IMG/VR virus record: IMGVR_UViG_3300043821_000026
Coordinates: 1 to 64,000 of that record
Origin: a virus
Taxonomy: Duplodnaviria > Caudoviricetes
Direction: 5' to 3' (one strand)
Length of the DNA: 64,000 nucleotides
Under the pieces are notes generated by a model that was given only the letters and a program-made list of their open reading frames with translations, was not told the DNA's origin and searched no databases. The position numbers and the translations under genes were made by a program. Positions 30,501 to 41,340 of this stretch are shown here, piece after piece; within the stretch, counting starts at the first letter, position 1, and each line of letters opens with the position of its first letter.

Positions 30501-33500
30501 TGAAGAAATAGGTCATACATATGTATCAAATGGTAAAGCAACATTAGAAACATCTGAAATTAATAAACCTATTGGAACATATAACATTTATGTAGAATAT
30601 AAAGGAACTATAGCTTATGGTCGTTCATCAGGTAAAACAGAATTAACACTTATTGGTGGAGATGTAAATCTAACAGTTTTCGATTATGATGTACTAACTG
30701 GCGATACAATATTTTTAGCAACAAAAGTATTAGATAGTATTAATAGAAATGTAACACAAGGATATATTAAATTCTTTATTTTAGATGATAAAGGAAGTGT
30801 TGTTGATACACCAAGTCAATCAATGATTGAAGTTAATAAACAAGGAATAGCTTCTATGCAATATACTGTTCCAGAAAAATTAATGGGAAGATATGATATT
30901 GAAGCTAAAAAATATACTATTAAAGCACAATACCTTGATATTAATAATATTTTTAACAGTAACGAAGATACTGGTATTTTAAAAGTTGATAGGTTATATA
31001 CATATATCGTACCATATGATTTATATGCAACACAGGGCCAAACTATTGGATTTTTGGTAAGAGTGATGAATAGTAATAGTATTCCAGCAACAGAAGGTGA
31101 AGTTACTGTAACTATTAATAATAAAGAATATGGTACTGCCACAGTTGATGAATATGGATATGCTAAAATATTTTATAATACATTATCATTAACTTATGAA
31201 GAATGGGTTGAATTAAATAAATTTTCATTCACTCAAGAAGACCCAGATTTTGGAACAAAGGAATATGATGCTAATGGAGCATTAATTACTGATAATTTAA
31301 TACAGATATACGATGGTAGTGCTAATGAATTAAATACAATATTAATGACTGATAAACGGTCTTTTAGTGTTGAAGATGGTAAATTATATGTAACATTACC
31401 TAGTGGAGATAGTGCTAAAGTATTTAGTATTGAGAATGGAAACTTATATATTCAGAAAGAAACTTTATCACAAAGTGATTTAATTGGTGATTATATATAT
31501 GATATTAATTATTCATCTGAACATAGGTATAAATGCTCAAAAGCATCATCTACATTATCAATGTTACCTCAAACAAATAGTATAGAATTATTACAATATA
31601 TTCAAGATTATAACGATACTACTAATCTTGTAGCAGGTATTGATTATGATGCGTCATCTACATTACCAACTAATGGATATATTAACTTTTATATTGATGA
31701 AAAACAAATTGGCGGTAATTGTACTTTAGAAGAAAAAGATTTAGATAGTAGAGATGGCACAACATATAAACAATTCGTAGCTACATTACCTAATCATTTA
31801 GTAAGCGAAATACCAAACACATACATTATCAAAGCTCAATATGTTGATAACTCAAACAATGTATTATTTAATACTTATAATAAATATATAGTTAATAAAG
31901 TTATGCCTAAAATAACTTTATCTATAGACAGAGTTCTTTCTAACAAAGTCAGTAAACTTACAGTAGGATTTAGTTTTATCAATCCATTAACAGCAATAAA
32001 ACCTGCTGGAAAGATTAGTATAATGTTACATCAATATACAAATTCCACTTTAACAACATGGGATAAGGGTATAGAGATTGATACAATTGATGTAGAAGAA
32101 GTTGGATATAATAATATATACTTTACAATACCAGAAAATGTTAGTGAAAATAAATTTTTCTTAACTGCTGAATATGAAGGAAATGAATATATCGCAGATA
32201 CCTATTATGAAAATGCAGGAGATAATAAATTTGCTTTAAATTTAGCTCAAGTTAAAACTATTATTAATTTACCAGAAAAGCAAGTAGCATTAGGTAATAA
32301 AACACATATACCAATTACATTAAGCCCAGAAGATAATGATATCATTAATGAAGGAACTATTAAGCTATATATAAGTACTGATTATTCATCTTATGCAAAT
32401 GATATATTTATTGGAGAAAAAAATGTTGTTAATAATGAAGTAATTTTTGATTACACAGTTCCAGCTGATTTATATATAAAAGATAAACAATATATACTAA
32501 AGGCAAAATATAATGGAATTAATTATGTAGCTACAGATGTAGCAAAAAATATTAAAATTATTGAAGGATTAGAAGAAATATATGTATCTAATAAAAATGG
32601 TGATGATATAAATAATGATGGTTCTGAAGGTAAACCATTTGCAACTATATCAAATGCTTTATCTTGTTTAAAAAATAAAGGAACTATTTATATTAAAAAT
32701 GGCGTATATGAAACAGAAGATATTAATTTCAATAAAGATGTAACTATTATTGGGGAAAATGATGTTATTATCAAAGGTAAAAATAAACAAGAAATAACTT
32801 TTAATGTTCTAGAAGGATTTGATGTAAGATTAAAATCTTTATATTTTGACCAAATAGATATGAAATATTATTTTATTATCAGCGGAGATAAATTAGGACA
32901 AAATAAAGGAGCTTTAACATTTAATGAGTGTTTATTAGATAAAATGGTTACCATACATAATCTAAATGGTTTCTTAACTATAAATAAATCAGCAATATTA
33001 GGAACAATTGAAGCAACAACTGGTACAAATGATTTAAATAATAATTGGTGGGGAACTAATACTCCTGATACTTCTTTAAATTTAGATAATTGGGTTACAG
33101 CTAAATTAAGTACATCATTAAATACTTATCCAACAGTTGGAGATACTTTTGATATCAATGTTGACTTTGTCAACGCTAATAGTGAAGATATATATATACC
33201 AAGAAGAGTTTCATTTACTTCACCATATGGTGAGTTCTCAATATATAGTGGAATGATAGTAAACAATCATATTTCAACAGAGTATTCAAATACTACAAGT
33301 ACCTGTGAAGTAAATGCTATAGTTGATAATGAAGTATTAAAATTATCAATCGAAGATTATATTAAAAACATAGAGATTAAGTTACAAAATATTGAAACAC
33401 CAATTGGGTATAATACACCAATAAAGGCTATGGTAATAAATACAGCAAATAAACTTATTGATTATGGTAGAGTTGAATTTTATTTAGATAGCAATCTTAT

Positions 33501-36500
33501 TAGAAATATTAACGTTGTAGATGGTATAGCTCAATTCCAATTATTTATAGATAGTCGTTTTAATCTTAATCAAATATATCAAATTACAGCTAAATATTAT
33601 GATGATAAAGATAGATATAATTCATCAACTGTTTCTAATTTAAAAGTAATAGAAGATAAAGATATTTGTTTTGTAGATACAGTTAAAATTTCTGGAGATG
33701 GGTCTTTTAGAAAACCATTTAATAGTGTTAAATTAGCATTAAAATCAGATAATAAAATAATATACATTAAGTCAGGTATATATAATGAAAAAGACTGGCT
33801 TATTGATAAAGATGTTACTATTAAAGCATATGACGACCCAGTTGTATTTAATAAAGGAAGTAAAATTTTCTCAACTGGTATTAATAAAAATATCATCATA
33901 GAAGGAATTGAATTTAGTGATTATGATTCAACTAATAGCATTGATAAAAGTTTAATATATAACAATGGTAATTTAACTTTAAAAGAAGTTATTATAGATA
34001 ATAATAAAGCCCAAGATAATATTATACAAAATGATGGAGTTTTAAATATAGTTAACTCTGCTATTGTTAAAAATACTGGATACGTCCTAAACAATGAAGG
34101 TACAGCTACACTTGATTATAATTGGTGGGGAGTTAATAATCCTGACTTTAGTTTATTACTTAAGAATGGAACTGTTAAATATTGGATTACAATGACATTT
34201 AATAGCTCTATATCCCCAATTAAGATAAATGACGTTACATTATTAACTGCTGCACTATCTAAATACACAGATGGTTCAAAAATTTATGATTTAGAAAATA
34301 CGAATATTCCTTCAAGAAAAGGTATCTTTAAAATCGATTCATATAAAGATTATGTTGATGTATTTAAATATGGTTCATTAACACCTTTAATTGATTATAC
34401 AGATTTAAACAATGAAGCAAAAAGCTTATACAACAGTATAGAGTTACCAAATTCATTAAAGGTATATTTAACATTAAATAAAAATACTAATTATTATAAT
34501 GATAATAAATTAGTGTTATCTTGTAATGTTTTAGATGGATACAATGAAAACGTAACAAGAGGAGAGGTTGAATTTGTAATAGATGGAGATGTTGCTGGTA
34601 GTGTTAATGTTAATAATGGTTTAGCGACATTAACAATATCTAATAATCTTAATTTATCATTAGGAGCGCATAATATAGAATGTATATTTAGTGATACTAT
34701 ATTAAGCCCAGCTTCTATTAAAGGAACATTTAATATTCAATTATTACCTATTATAATTCAAAATGAAGATATAATACCTTCAATTTATGATTTAACATAT
34801 AAAGCAAACGCTGTTGATAATAATGGTAATATTATATCCGATGAACAAATATTCTTTTATATAGATGATGAAGAGATAACTTCAACAAGTGATGATAGTA
34901 GTGATTATATTATAAAAGATGGTGTTATTAATTATACATTATCATATAATAAAAAAATAGCAGGAACACATAAACTTACTATAAAGGTAAATCCTAAAAA
35001 CACATATGACAAATTAGATTATACAACAGTATTTAATATACCTTTAAGCCCAACACATATAAGATATAAAGATACTTTATTATCAGAAATATTCGTTCCT
35101 ATTAACTCTACTGATAATATATTTAAAATAACTGACGAAAAAGGTATGTTAGTTAATGATGGATATATTAATGTATATAAAGATGATATTAAATTAAATG
35201 ATAATACAATTAAAATAACTGATGGTATGGTTAATATTGATGGAGTTACAAGTAATAAAGGAAGCTATACTATTACATTTGTTTATGATACAGATGGTAA
35301 GTATTACGCTTCAAATATTACAGCATTTACATTAAATGTTGGTGTTTACAATGTTGATATTAATATTGATAACATAAATTGTCAATATCTTGATAATGTG
35401 TCAATTAAAGGAAATATTTATGATAAAGATGGTGAAAAAGTTTCTAAAGGATTGTTAGATATTTATAAAGTAGATATTAATAATAATAATGAAGAGTTAA
35501 TCGCAGAAAACCTTCAATGTATTGATGGTAATTTTAATTATAACTATAATGTATTACTGAATGCAGGAATATATCATTTAAAACTTATTTATAAAAATAT
35601 TGAAGGAAGTAATGATTACGCTATTACTTCAAAAGTTATATCAATAACTGTATATCCTAGAGATGTTAGTTTTAATAAAAACAATGTTATCAACACAATT
35701 TCTAATACTTTATTATCTAATGAGCAATTCGATATCACAACTACAAAAGGTGTTCTTAATGAAGGAGTAGTTATAGCATCTATTAAAAATGGAGATAAGT
35801 ATGAACAAATTAGTGTATCTAATCTTGGAGTTAATAATGTTGTAAATAATATAGCAACATTAAATTTACAAATACCAGTTTTAGAAGTTGGTACATATCT
35901 TATTAGATTAGAATATATTAATAATAATCATTATGGAAAATCAAATGGAACTAGTATATCAGATAATGTATATGAGGATATTAAATTAAATATTACACCA
36001 AATTATACAAATATAGAATTACAACATATAAGATATGAAAAATTAACAAATAGTGTTGATGATACTGTTTATTATCCTATCACAACTACATTTGAAGCTA
36101 TAGTAAAAGATTCTCAAAAAATACCTGTTAATGTTACAACAGGAAAGATTACAATTTTTGAAAACGGAAAACAAACACAAGAAAAAATACTTACAAATGG
36201 TATGTGTAGATTTGATATTACACCTACTATATTAGGAAATATTGAATTGATTGCAAAATATTCGGATGATACTGGATTATATTCACAATCAAGTATTACG
36301 AAAGATATATTAGTATCACCATTACCAGTTGATATAAGTGTAACTGATATATCAGCATATAACGGTGATATAATCAATATTCCATACACTATTGATTCAA
36401 ATTATGATATTAAATCAAATGGTGAATTAGATGTTGTTATAAATGGGCAAGTATTAACAACTTCATATATATCAAACGGTGCAGGAACTATAAGTTTTGA

Positions 36501-38907
36501 AGCACCATTATTGCCAATTAAGAATAATCAAGATACATCATATCCATTATCATTGGTATTGAAAAAATCTAAACTATATGCAGACAATATATACAATGAA
36601 CAATATATTGTTAAGCCTAAAATTATCGATATTATAATGAATGATATTACAGCATCAATATCTGATACAATATTAATAAATCCAACATTTGATAGAAATA
36701 TTACAGGAATTATATATATCTATATAAATAATAATTTTATTGGATTACAAAAAATAGATAATGCTGATAGTATTGAGTATAAATATATCTTACCTGATAA
36801 TATTGATTTAGCAAACAACATAATAACAATTAAATTTAGTGGTAATGAATATTATAAAGAAAGTAGTGAAAACTTTAATCTAAACATTGATAAAAAAACA
36901 AAAAATATTACACTAGAAAATATTAGTGCTAATGTTGGAGGTATTATTACATTCAACTCAACAACAGATTTACCAGATGGTAAAAGAGTTGATTTCTATA
37001 TAGGTGATTCCGCAGTAAGCGAAGGTATTGTTAAAGATGGCAAAGTTAGTGGTACATATACATTACCTTATGAATATAAAAAGAATGAATATATTATTAA
37101 AGCTGTATTTAATGGTTCTGCTGTATTATCAGCTATTCAAAATACTGCTGTATTAAATTTATCTGTTGTTGATATATTATCTGTCGAAACTAGTGGATTA
37201 GAATGTTATAAAGCTGGAAATTTATCTTTATTATCTAAAATTACTGATAAAAATAATCATGCTGTAACAAGTGGTTTTATTGTCTATATGATTAATGATA
37301 ATACATTAGGAACCGTACCAGCTGGTACAGAATTTAACACTACATTACCTAATACATTATTAGACGACTCATATACACTTACTATTAAATATACTACCGA
37401 AGATTCAGATGCTTCTAATTTATATAATAATTATAACACAACTGATACTTTAATATTAAATAAAAATCCATTTAAAATAACTACAAATGCTATTATTGGC
37501 AATATTGGAGATGATATATCATTTAATAATATTACTATACAACACCCAACAACTCAAGAACCAATTAATGGAAATATTGAATACCAAATATTAAATGGAA
37601 CAGAAATATTAGATAGTTTTACAACAACAGTTAGTAATAATATATTTTCTTTAGATTTTATTATACCTACTAATTTAGTACCTAATACATATAGTACACG
37701 ATTTTCATTAAGTAGTGATATTTTTGAAGCAATAACTGGTTCTAATAATTTAATTATTAAATCTATAGATACTGTTTATGTAGATAATACAACTACAACA
37801 AGTAAATTATATGGTACAGTTGATAATCCATTCAATAATATTAGTGATGGTATTAAATCAGTATCAAATAACGGTATTATAAATATTAAAGGAGCATATA
37901 ATACACCATTAACTATTGACAAAAACATCACAATGAATGGTACTGACTGCGTTATATCTGGAGATAATAATGCTCCTATTATAACAAATAACGCAATTGT
38001 AAGTTTAAATAATATTACATTAAAAGATAATAAAACTACTAATTTAAGTTCCGGAATTGTAAATAATTCCAACATTAATGTACAAAATTGTACATTTGAA
38101 AACTTAAATAGTAAATTTGGTGGAGCTATATATTCAAATAATATTATTAATGTACAAAATTGTACAATTAAAAATAATGTAGGAATAAGTGGTGGAGCTA
38201 TTTATTTAGGTAGACAATCCGTAACTTCACTAATATCTGATAATATATTTAGTAATAATACTGCACAAGATGGTGGAGCTATTTATTCATATAATGCAAA
38301 TAATATTGTAATTGAAAATAATACTTTTGATACTAATATTTGTAGTAATAATGGTGGAGCTATATATGTTAGTGGAAATGGTAATATAGTTAAAAATATA
38401 TTTAAATCTAATAGTACAACAGCATCAACCAGAAACGGTGGAGCTATTGCATTAACTGATGGTTCAATTAATGTAGAATATAATATATTTACTAATAATA
38501 CATATCATGATGGAGATAATATTATATATAATGGTATTGGTGATTTTAACCTATCTAATAATTACTTTGGTAGTAATTTAATTAAATCCGAAATAATGTT
38601 ATTAATTAATGGTTCAGTTAATTTAACAAATTGGGTTAAATGTAGTTATTCAATAAATCCAAATCCAATGATTATTAATAATGATAATGAAATTAATATT
38701 ATATTTAATTCATATGATGGAACTTCGACATCATCTTTGGTAAAATCATTACCTGATTATAATATAGACACTAATTGTACTAATGGTACAATAACTCCAA
38801 CTATTAATAAAATATCAAATAACAATTGCAGTATAATATATAATACTACAGATGTAATTAATTTAAGTATTAAAGTTGGAAACGAGGAAATTAAATTTGG
38901 AGAATAA
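27586..38907 (+). CDS. Giant baseplate-anchored adhesin-like protein (~3770 aa): wedge I-like N-terminus, Cys-rich domain, many Ig-like (Big) repeats, three beta-helix modules
   Basis: Wedge-like 'NLDKWGDTYALPRR' motif and repeated 'VNEG.V.FY' / 'Y.G...Y' Big repeats. Three 'YV...G....PF..I..AL' beta-helix caps with 'N.WWG.N' and 'GGAIY' repeats, as in methanogen adhesin-like proteins. Start placed at ATG 27586 after GAGGT (track 27571). Confidence 0.8.
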   Translation: MELNNLKFANWYRNFPEWWRQDAFLDAIGAILGELSFYYAYLLLTTKLEQPVQVWLDAQRNEEDYVLTKNININNANEDERKLPYYFLTPAPLYKTKGTIELIFNCEKSIQNLKIMINETDGLQIPFSIKSGTLLIDLTEGKNYFNDEEVSLTTIGEGITYFKTSRYQKEMTGNGPVHNECVRLTLLSDNQDDNVNIIMTVTLTKPVFHVEQNIKLSSIALLPISEVRMYVYYETPFNEELNGWRYVFKKEYPKDKITVYDRLTKHFYAKKFYVEVGFRGLDFGLTVGFPQRYDLEDTRDIFYINTNLDKWGDTYALPRRYYKDGVNDIIDEDDYPNTLPPYYPYDVEQDYWYERRLMNEYVWNPNAVNNVFVRDSEDNNVIFLESIDPYVEDLVIETGSKLPTVDDTREIKGIMPVNVFQQSTASANKQVKFEEIENLLSEDNNYTSVSLSKLYNKSIGLEKYRSFLVDIMYDLSSLPENIFIKGFEFCIDNESSNNSVSKINDIRTAILLNNVVKEESNVLAGIFRPKCEYCIYEDDYKGYKQYAKTWVNQCPHCGKTGTLRRDNADNKNLQDTGALVCDHCGAIYCGFCGTMTNLEDYGKTDKDIVYKLKNGINLSYYQPITTSGYYEQTRDKIIYGGPTDTFGLTDIVNNGYKDIDLRDYLHDYGMHFMFGITNLDEQQDCIINIYNAKLNIYYEYKETDLILSASLKYNKDSSADLDITLSNIGEITINDDIYVATSSLLNLDNTSKSRIYIPVDSLTPNSSYQKTIHIAPSNTISDGIYDILVSCQDMQRHVRYKHNSDGLIETKLIIYPAYTVNNNGVKSIPKLYAYISAEDGSVISYNEHTDSSIGNKVKFYVDDYLLKDNNGNYTFNVDKNVSTAQDIPIQSNLAGVYKLEAQYSGNSKYAPCNGISDILISKENTILTIDKTYTYKQDSSMSFTASIKTDKNIPVNEGMVTFYICDKENNCNEEIGHTYVSNGKATLETSEINKPIGTYNIYVEYKGTIAYGRSSGKTELTLIGGDVNLTVFDYDVLTGDTIFLATKVLDSINRNVTQGYIKFFILDDKGSVVDTPSQSMIEVNKQGIASMQYTVPEKLMGRYDIEAKKYTIKAQYLDINNIFNSNEDTGILKVDRLYTYIVPYDLYATQGQTIGFLVRVMNSNSIPATEGEVTVTINNKEYGTATVDEYGYAKIFYNTLSLTYEEWVELNKFSFTQEDPDFGTKEYDANGALITDNLIQIYDGSANELNTILMTDKRSFSVEDGKLYVTLPSGDSAKVFSIENGNLYIQKETLSQSDLIGDYIYDINYSSEHRYKCSKASSTLSMLPQTNSIELLQYIQDYNDTTNLVAGIDYDASSTLPTNGYINFYIDEKQIGGNCTLEEKDLDSRDGTTYKQFVATLPNHLVSEIPNTYIIKAQYVDNSNNVLFNTYNKYIVNKVMPKITLSIDRVLSNKVSKLTVGFSFINPLTAIKPAGKISIMLHQYTNSTLTTWDKGIEIDTIDVEEVGYNNIYFTIPENVSENKFFLTAEYEGNEYIADTYYENAGDNKFALNLAQVKTIINLPEKQVALGNKTHIPITLSPEDNDIINEGTIKLYISTDYSSYANDIFIGEKNVVNNEVIFDYTVPADLYIKDKQYILKAKYNGINYVATDVAKNIKIIEGLEEIYVSNKNGDDINNDGSEGKPFATISNALSCLKNKGTIYIKNGVYETEDINFNKDVTIIGENDVIIKGKNKQEITFNVLEGFDVRLKSLYFDQIDMKYYFIISGDKLGQNKGALTFNECLLDKMVTIHNLNGFLTINKSAILGTIEATTGTNDLNNNWWGTNTPDTSLNLDNWVTAKLSTSLNTYPTVGDTFDINVDFVNANSEDIYIPRRVSFTSPYGEFSIYSGMIVNNHISTEYSNTTSTCEVNAIVDNEVLKLSIEDYIKNIEIKLQNIETPIGYNTPIKAMVINTANKLIDYGRVEFYLDSNLIRNINVVDGIAQFQLFIDSRFNLNQIYQITAKYYDDKDRYNSSTVSNLKVIEDKDICFVDTVKISGDGSFRKPFNSVKLALKSDNKIIYIKSGIYNEKDWLIDKDVTIKAYDDPVVFNKGSKIFSTGINKNIIIEGIEFSDYDSTNSIDKSLIYNNGNLTLKEVIIDNNKAQDNIIQNDGVLNIVNSAIVKNTGYVLNNEGTATLDYNWWGVNNPDFSLLLKNGTVKYWITMTFNSSISPIKINDVTLLTAALSKYTDGSKIYDLENTNIPSRKGIFKIDSYKDYVDVFKYGSLTPLIDYTDLNNEAKSLYNSIELPNSLKVYLTLNKNTNYYNDNKLVLSCNVLDGYNENVTRGEVEFVIDGDVAGSVNVNNGLATLTISNNLNLSLGAHNIECIFSDTILSPASIKGTFNIQLLPIIIQNEDIIPSIYDLTYKANAVDNNGNIISDEQIFFYIDDEEITSTSDDSSDYIIKDGVINYTLSYNKKIAGTHKLTIKVNPKNTYDKLDYTTVFNIPLSPTHIRYKDTLLSEIFVPINSTDNIFKITDEKGMLVNDGYINVYKDDIKLNDNTIKITDGMVNIDGVTSNKGSYTITFVYDTDGKYYASNITAFTLNVGVYNVDINIDNINCQYLDNVSIKGNIYDKDGEKVSKGLLDIYKVDINNNNEELIAENLQCIDGNFNYNYNVLLNAGIYHLKLIYKNIEGSNDYAITSKVISITVYPRDVSFNKNNVINTISNTLLSNEQFDITTTKGVLNEGVVIASIKNGDKYEQISVSNLGVNNVVNNIATLNLQIPVLEVGTYLIRLEYINNNHYGKSNGTSISDNVYEDIKLNITPNYTNIELQHIRYEKLTNSVDDTVYYPITTTFEAIVKDSQKIPVNVTTGKITIFENGKQTQEKILTNGMCRFDITPTILGNIELIAKYSDDTGLYSQSSITKDILVSPLPVDISVTDISAYNGDIINIPYTIDSNYDIKSNGELDVVINGQVLTTSYISNGAGTISFEAPLLPIKNNQDTSYPLSLVLKKSKLYADNIYNEQYIVKPKIIDIIMNDITASISDTILINPTFDRNITGIIYIYINNNFIGLQKIDNADSIEYKYILPDNIDLANNIITIKFSGNEYYKESSENFNLNIDKKTKNITLENISANVGGIITFNSTTDLPDGKRVDFYIGDSAVSEGIVKDGKVSGTYTLPYEYKKNEYIIKAVFNGSAVLSAIQNTAVLNLSVVDILSVETSGLECYKAGNLSLLSKITDKNNHAVTSGFIVYMINDNTLGTVPAGTEFNTTLPNTLLDDSYTLTIKYTTEDSDASNLYNNYNTTDTLILNKNPFKITTNAIIGNIGDDISFNNITIQHPTTQEPINGNIEYQILNGTEILDSFTTTVSNNIFSLDFIIPTNLVPNTYSTRFSLSSDIFEAITGSNNLIIKSIDTVYVDNTTTTSKLYGTVDNPFNNISDGIKSVSNNGIINIKGAYNTPLTIDKNITMNGTDCVISGDNNAPIITNNAIVSLNNITLKDNKTTNLSSGIVNNSNINVQNCTFENLNSKFGGAIYSNNIINVQNCTIKNNVGISGGAIYLGRQSVTSLISDNIFSNNTAQDGGAIYSYNANNIVIENNTFDTNICSNNGGAIYVSGNGNIVKNIFKSNSTTASTRNGGAIALTDGSINVEYNIFTNNTYHDGDNIIYNGIGDFNLSNNYFGSNLIKSEIMLLINGSVNLTNWVKCSYSINPNPMIINNDNEINIIFNSYDGTSTSSLVKSLPDYNIDTNCTNGTITPTINKISNNNCSIIYNTTDVINLSIKVGNEEIKFGE

Positions 38908-38909
38908 AA

Positions 38910-40316
38910 ATGGCAGAAGAAAATATATCTTATCAATATATAGGTCAAATAAAAGCAACTATTGATGGTCAAGAAGAATCTATAGGTGTTGAAGATATAG
39001 TTAAAACACCTACAACAATTACTATGAATAATATCACACAAGTATATGGTAGAAATATTATATTAGATGCAATAGTTACTGATAATAAGAATATTGGCGT
39101 TAATATTGGAGAAGTATTGTTTGAAATTAAAAAAATTGATGAAGATGTGTCCCAATATAAAACATTAGGATATTCAACAAATAATGATAATGGAAAATTT
39201 ACATACAATATAGAGAATATATCATCTTATTATGAGGGTAGTTATAATATTAGAGCAACATATATTCAAAATAGATATTATAAAGAATCTACCATTACAG
39301 ATGTTGTTTTAAAAATTAAAAAATTAGATATTGAAATATTAATTAACGATACAAATAATGAATATAAAATAGAAAATAATATACTAAATAAATATGTTAA
39401 GCCAAATCATGTCGTTGATATTAGTTTTAACATAAATTTATTAGATAATGGAAATATTGTTGATTCTGACGTTAATAAAATAAGTAATGAAGAAATTAGT
39501 TTTATTATTGATGATGTTGAATATAAAACAAATATTATAGATAATATTGCGCAATATTCTTTTAATAGTAATGATATTGGAGATATTGATAAATTAGAAA
39601 CTATGATAGTTAAAGTATCATTTAAAGGAACTTCTCAATATATTTCTTGTAATAAAATTAGTTATATTAATACAAGTATGACAGAAAAATTGTTATTTGA
39701 TTATATTAATATAATAATAAGCCCACTTAATACTAATATAAAAATTAAAGATATTTATAGTAAATATAATCAACAAACATATATCGGTGCAAATATTATT
39801 GATGAAAATGCTGTTAATGTTAAATTTGGAAACGTTATATACACGATTACTAAAGATGTTGATATTATTACAGATGGAGTAACAACTACTCAAAAACAAA
39901 CTATAGAAACTGGAGAAGGAAAAGTACAAGATGGATATTTTTATGTAATTACATCTATTAAAGACGATATCACAAATACAGAACAGTCTGATATTATAGA
40001 ACTTCCTGATTTAATTCCAACTAAAATAGAATTAACTATATCTCCATCTACAACTGTATCAGCAAATAGTAATGTTGTATATACAGCTCATGTTTATAAT
40101 AGTGGTGATAATACTATAAATATAACCGAAGGTGTAGTGATATTTTTAATGGATGATATTATCCAAAAAACTGTAGAATTAAATGAAGATGGTATAGCTA
40201 CATATCAAGATACTTTAACAAGTAAGGCAACTCATAAAATTAAAGCTATTTATAAAGGTATTTTTGAATATAATAGTTCAGAAAGTGATGTACAAAATTT
40301 AACTGTAGGAGATTAA
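38910..40316 (+). CDS. Ig-like (Big) repeat adhesin-like virion protein
   Basis: 'PTTITM..I...YG', 'V..GEV.F' and 'H.IKAIYKG..EYNSSES' Big-domain patterns. Confidence 0.65.
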   Translation: MAEENISYQYIGQIKATIDGQEESIGVEDIVKTPTTITMNNITQVYGRNIILDAIVTDNKNIGVNIGEVLFEIKKIDEDVSQYKTLGYSTNNDNGKFTYNIENISSYYEGSYNIRATYIQNRYYKESTITDVVLKIKKLDIEILINDTNNEYKIENNILNKYVKPNHVVDISFNINLLDNGNIVDSDVNKISNEEISFIIDDVEYKTNIIDNIAQYSFNSNDIGDIDKLETMIVKVSFKGTSQYISCNKISYINTSMTEKLLFDYINIIISPLNTNIKIKDIYSKYNQQTYIGANIIDENAVNVKFGNVIYTITKDVDIITDGVTTTQKQTIETGEGKVQDGYFYVITSIKDDITNTEQSDIIELPDLIPTKIELTISPSTTVSANSNVVYTAHVYNSGDNTINITEGVVIFLMDDIIQKTVELNEDGIATYQDTLTSKATHKIKAIYKGIFEYNSSESDVQNLTVGD

Positions 40317-40320
40317 GTAT

Positions 40321-41331
40321 ATGGTAGAAGATTTAACTAATAATGAAAAGAAAATAGATATTAAAATTTTTAAAGACATGAAATCCCGTGTCAACAAATA
40401 TATAGAACAAGGCGGAAAACCAATTGATGAAAGAAGAATTTATTTAGATTATGACACAAAAGCAGAATATGTATTATATTACAAATATAAAAATATGCTT
40501 GTTAGATATAACGCATATGTACAAAAATATAAAAAAGAACCAGAAAGTTTACAAATATCAGTTAATGCTAGAGCTATTGATAGCTTAAGTATTAAAATAC
40601 CTGTAAGTACATTTTTAGATATGAAGGCTAGAGTTGATGCTTATACTGGAAAATTAAATGATACCACTCATGTATATCTTGATATGACAACAATGTATGA
40701 TTATATAAACTATTCAACATATAAATATATGTTATTTAAATACAATGCTTTTATAAAAAAATATGGTAGACAACCTAATTATATAACAACAGCAATAGAA
40801 TCTACACAACCAAATACTACAGTAACAACTAAAAATTGTTATTCAAGTCCTAGATGGTTCTCTGGTACAGAAATGCGCCAAAATACATTGTGGTATTGCG
40901 GAGTAAATATTACACAACAAATATTAAGAGAAATAACAGGTGTATATTATTCAGAATCTGTATTAGCTAAATATTTAGGAACTACTAAAAGTGGTACTGG
41001 TCCAGATATGATTATATCTGTATTAAAGAAAATTTTAACTAATAATGGATATACTGTAAAACGAGCTGAATGGTTATATAAAAGTGATATAAGCTGGGAT
41101 GAAATAGGTAAGGCTATAGAAAACCCTAAAGTAGGATTAGGACTTCATGATTTGTATAGAATGCGCTGGGGCCATTATGAATATCCTGTTAAGCTATGTA
41201 AATCATCAGAAGTCATTACAATAGCAAATAGTTTATCTGGTGGATATTTAGAGGCTAGAAGTTTTTCAACAATGTTAAAATATATAAATGGTCAATCAGG
41301 TAAATCTATTCTAATTGTCGAAGTAGAATAA
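40321..41331 (+). CDS. Putative pseudomurein endoisopeptidase (endolysin): pseudomurein-binding repeats + C39-like cysteine peptidase
   Basis: Four N-terminal helical repeats (F.DM..RV..Y / Y..ML..YNA(Y/F)..KY.R.P) resemble PMBR. C-terminal 'RQNTLWYCG...SESVLAKYLGTT..GT...GHYE...IANSL' is a papain-like/C39 pattern, as in PeiR-type lysins. Confidence 0.8.
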   Translation: MVEDLTNNEKKIDIKIFKDMKSRVNKYIEQGGKPIDERRIYLDYDTKAEYVLYYKYKNMLVRYNAYVQKYKKEPESLQISVNARAIDSLSIKIPVSTFLDMKARVDAYTGKLNDTTHVYLDMTTMYDYINYSTYKYMLFKYNAFIKKYGRQPNYITTAIESTQPNTTVTTKNCYSSPRWFSGTEMRQNTLWYCGVNITQQILREITGVYYSESVLAKYLGTTKSGTGPDMIISVLKKILTNNGYTVKRAEWLYKSDISWDEIGKAIENPKVGLGLHDLYRMRWGHYEYPVKLCKSSEVITIANSLSGGYLEARSFSTMLKYINGQSGKSILIVEVE

Positions 41332-41340
41332 GTGATATAA

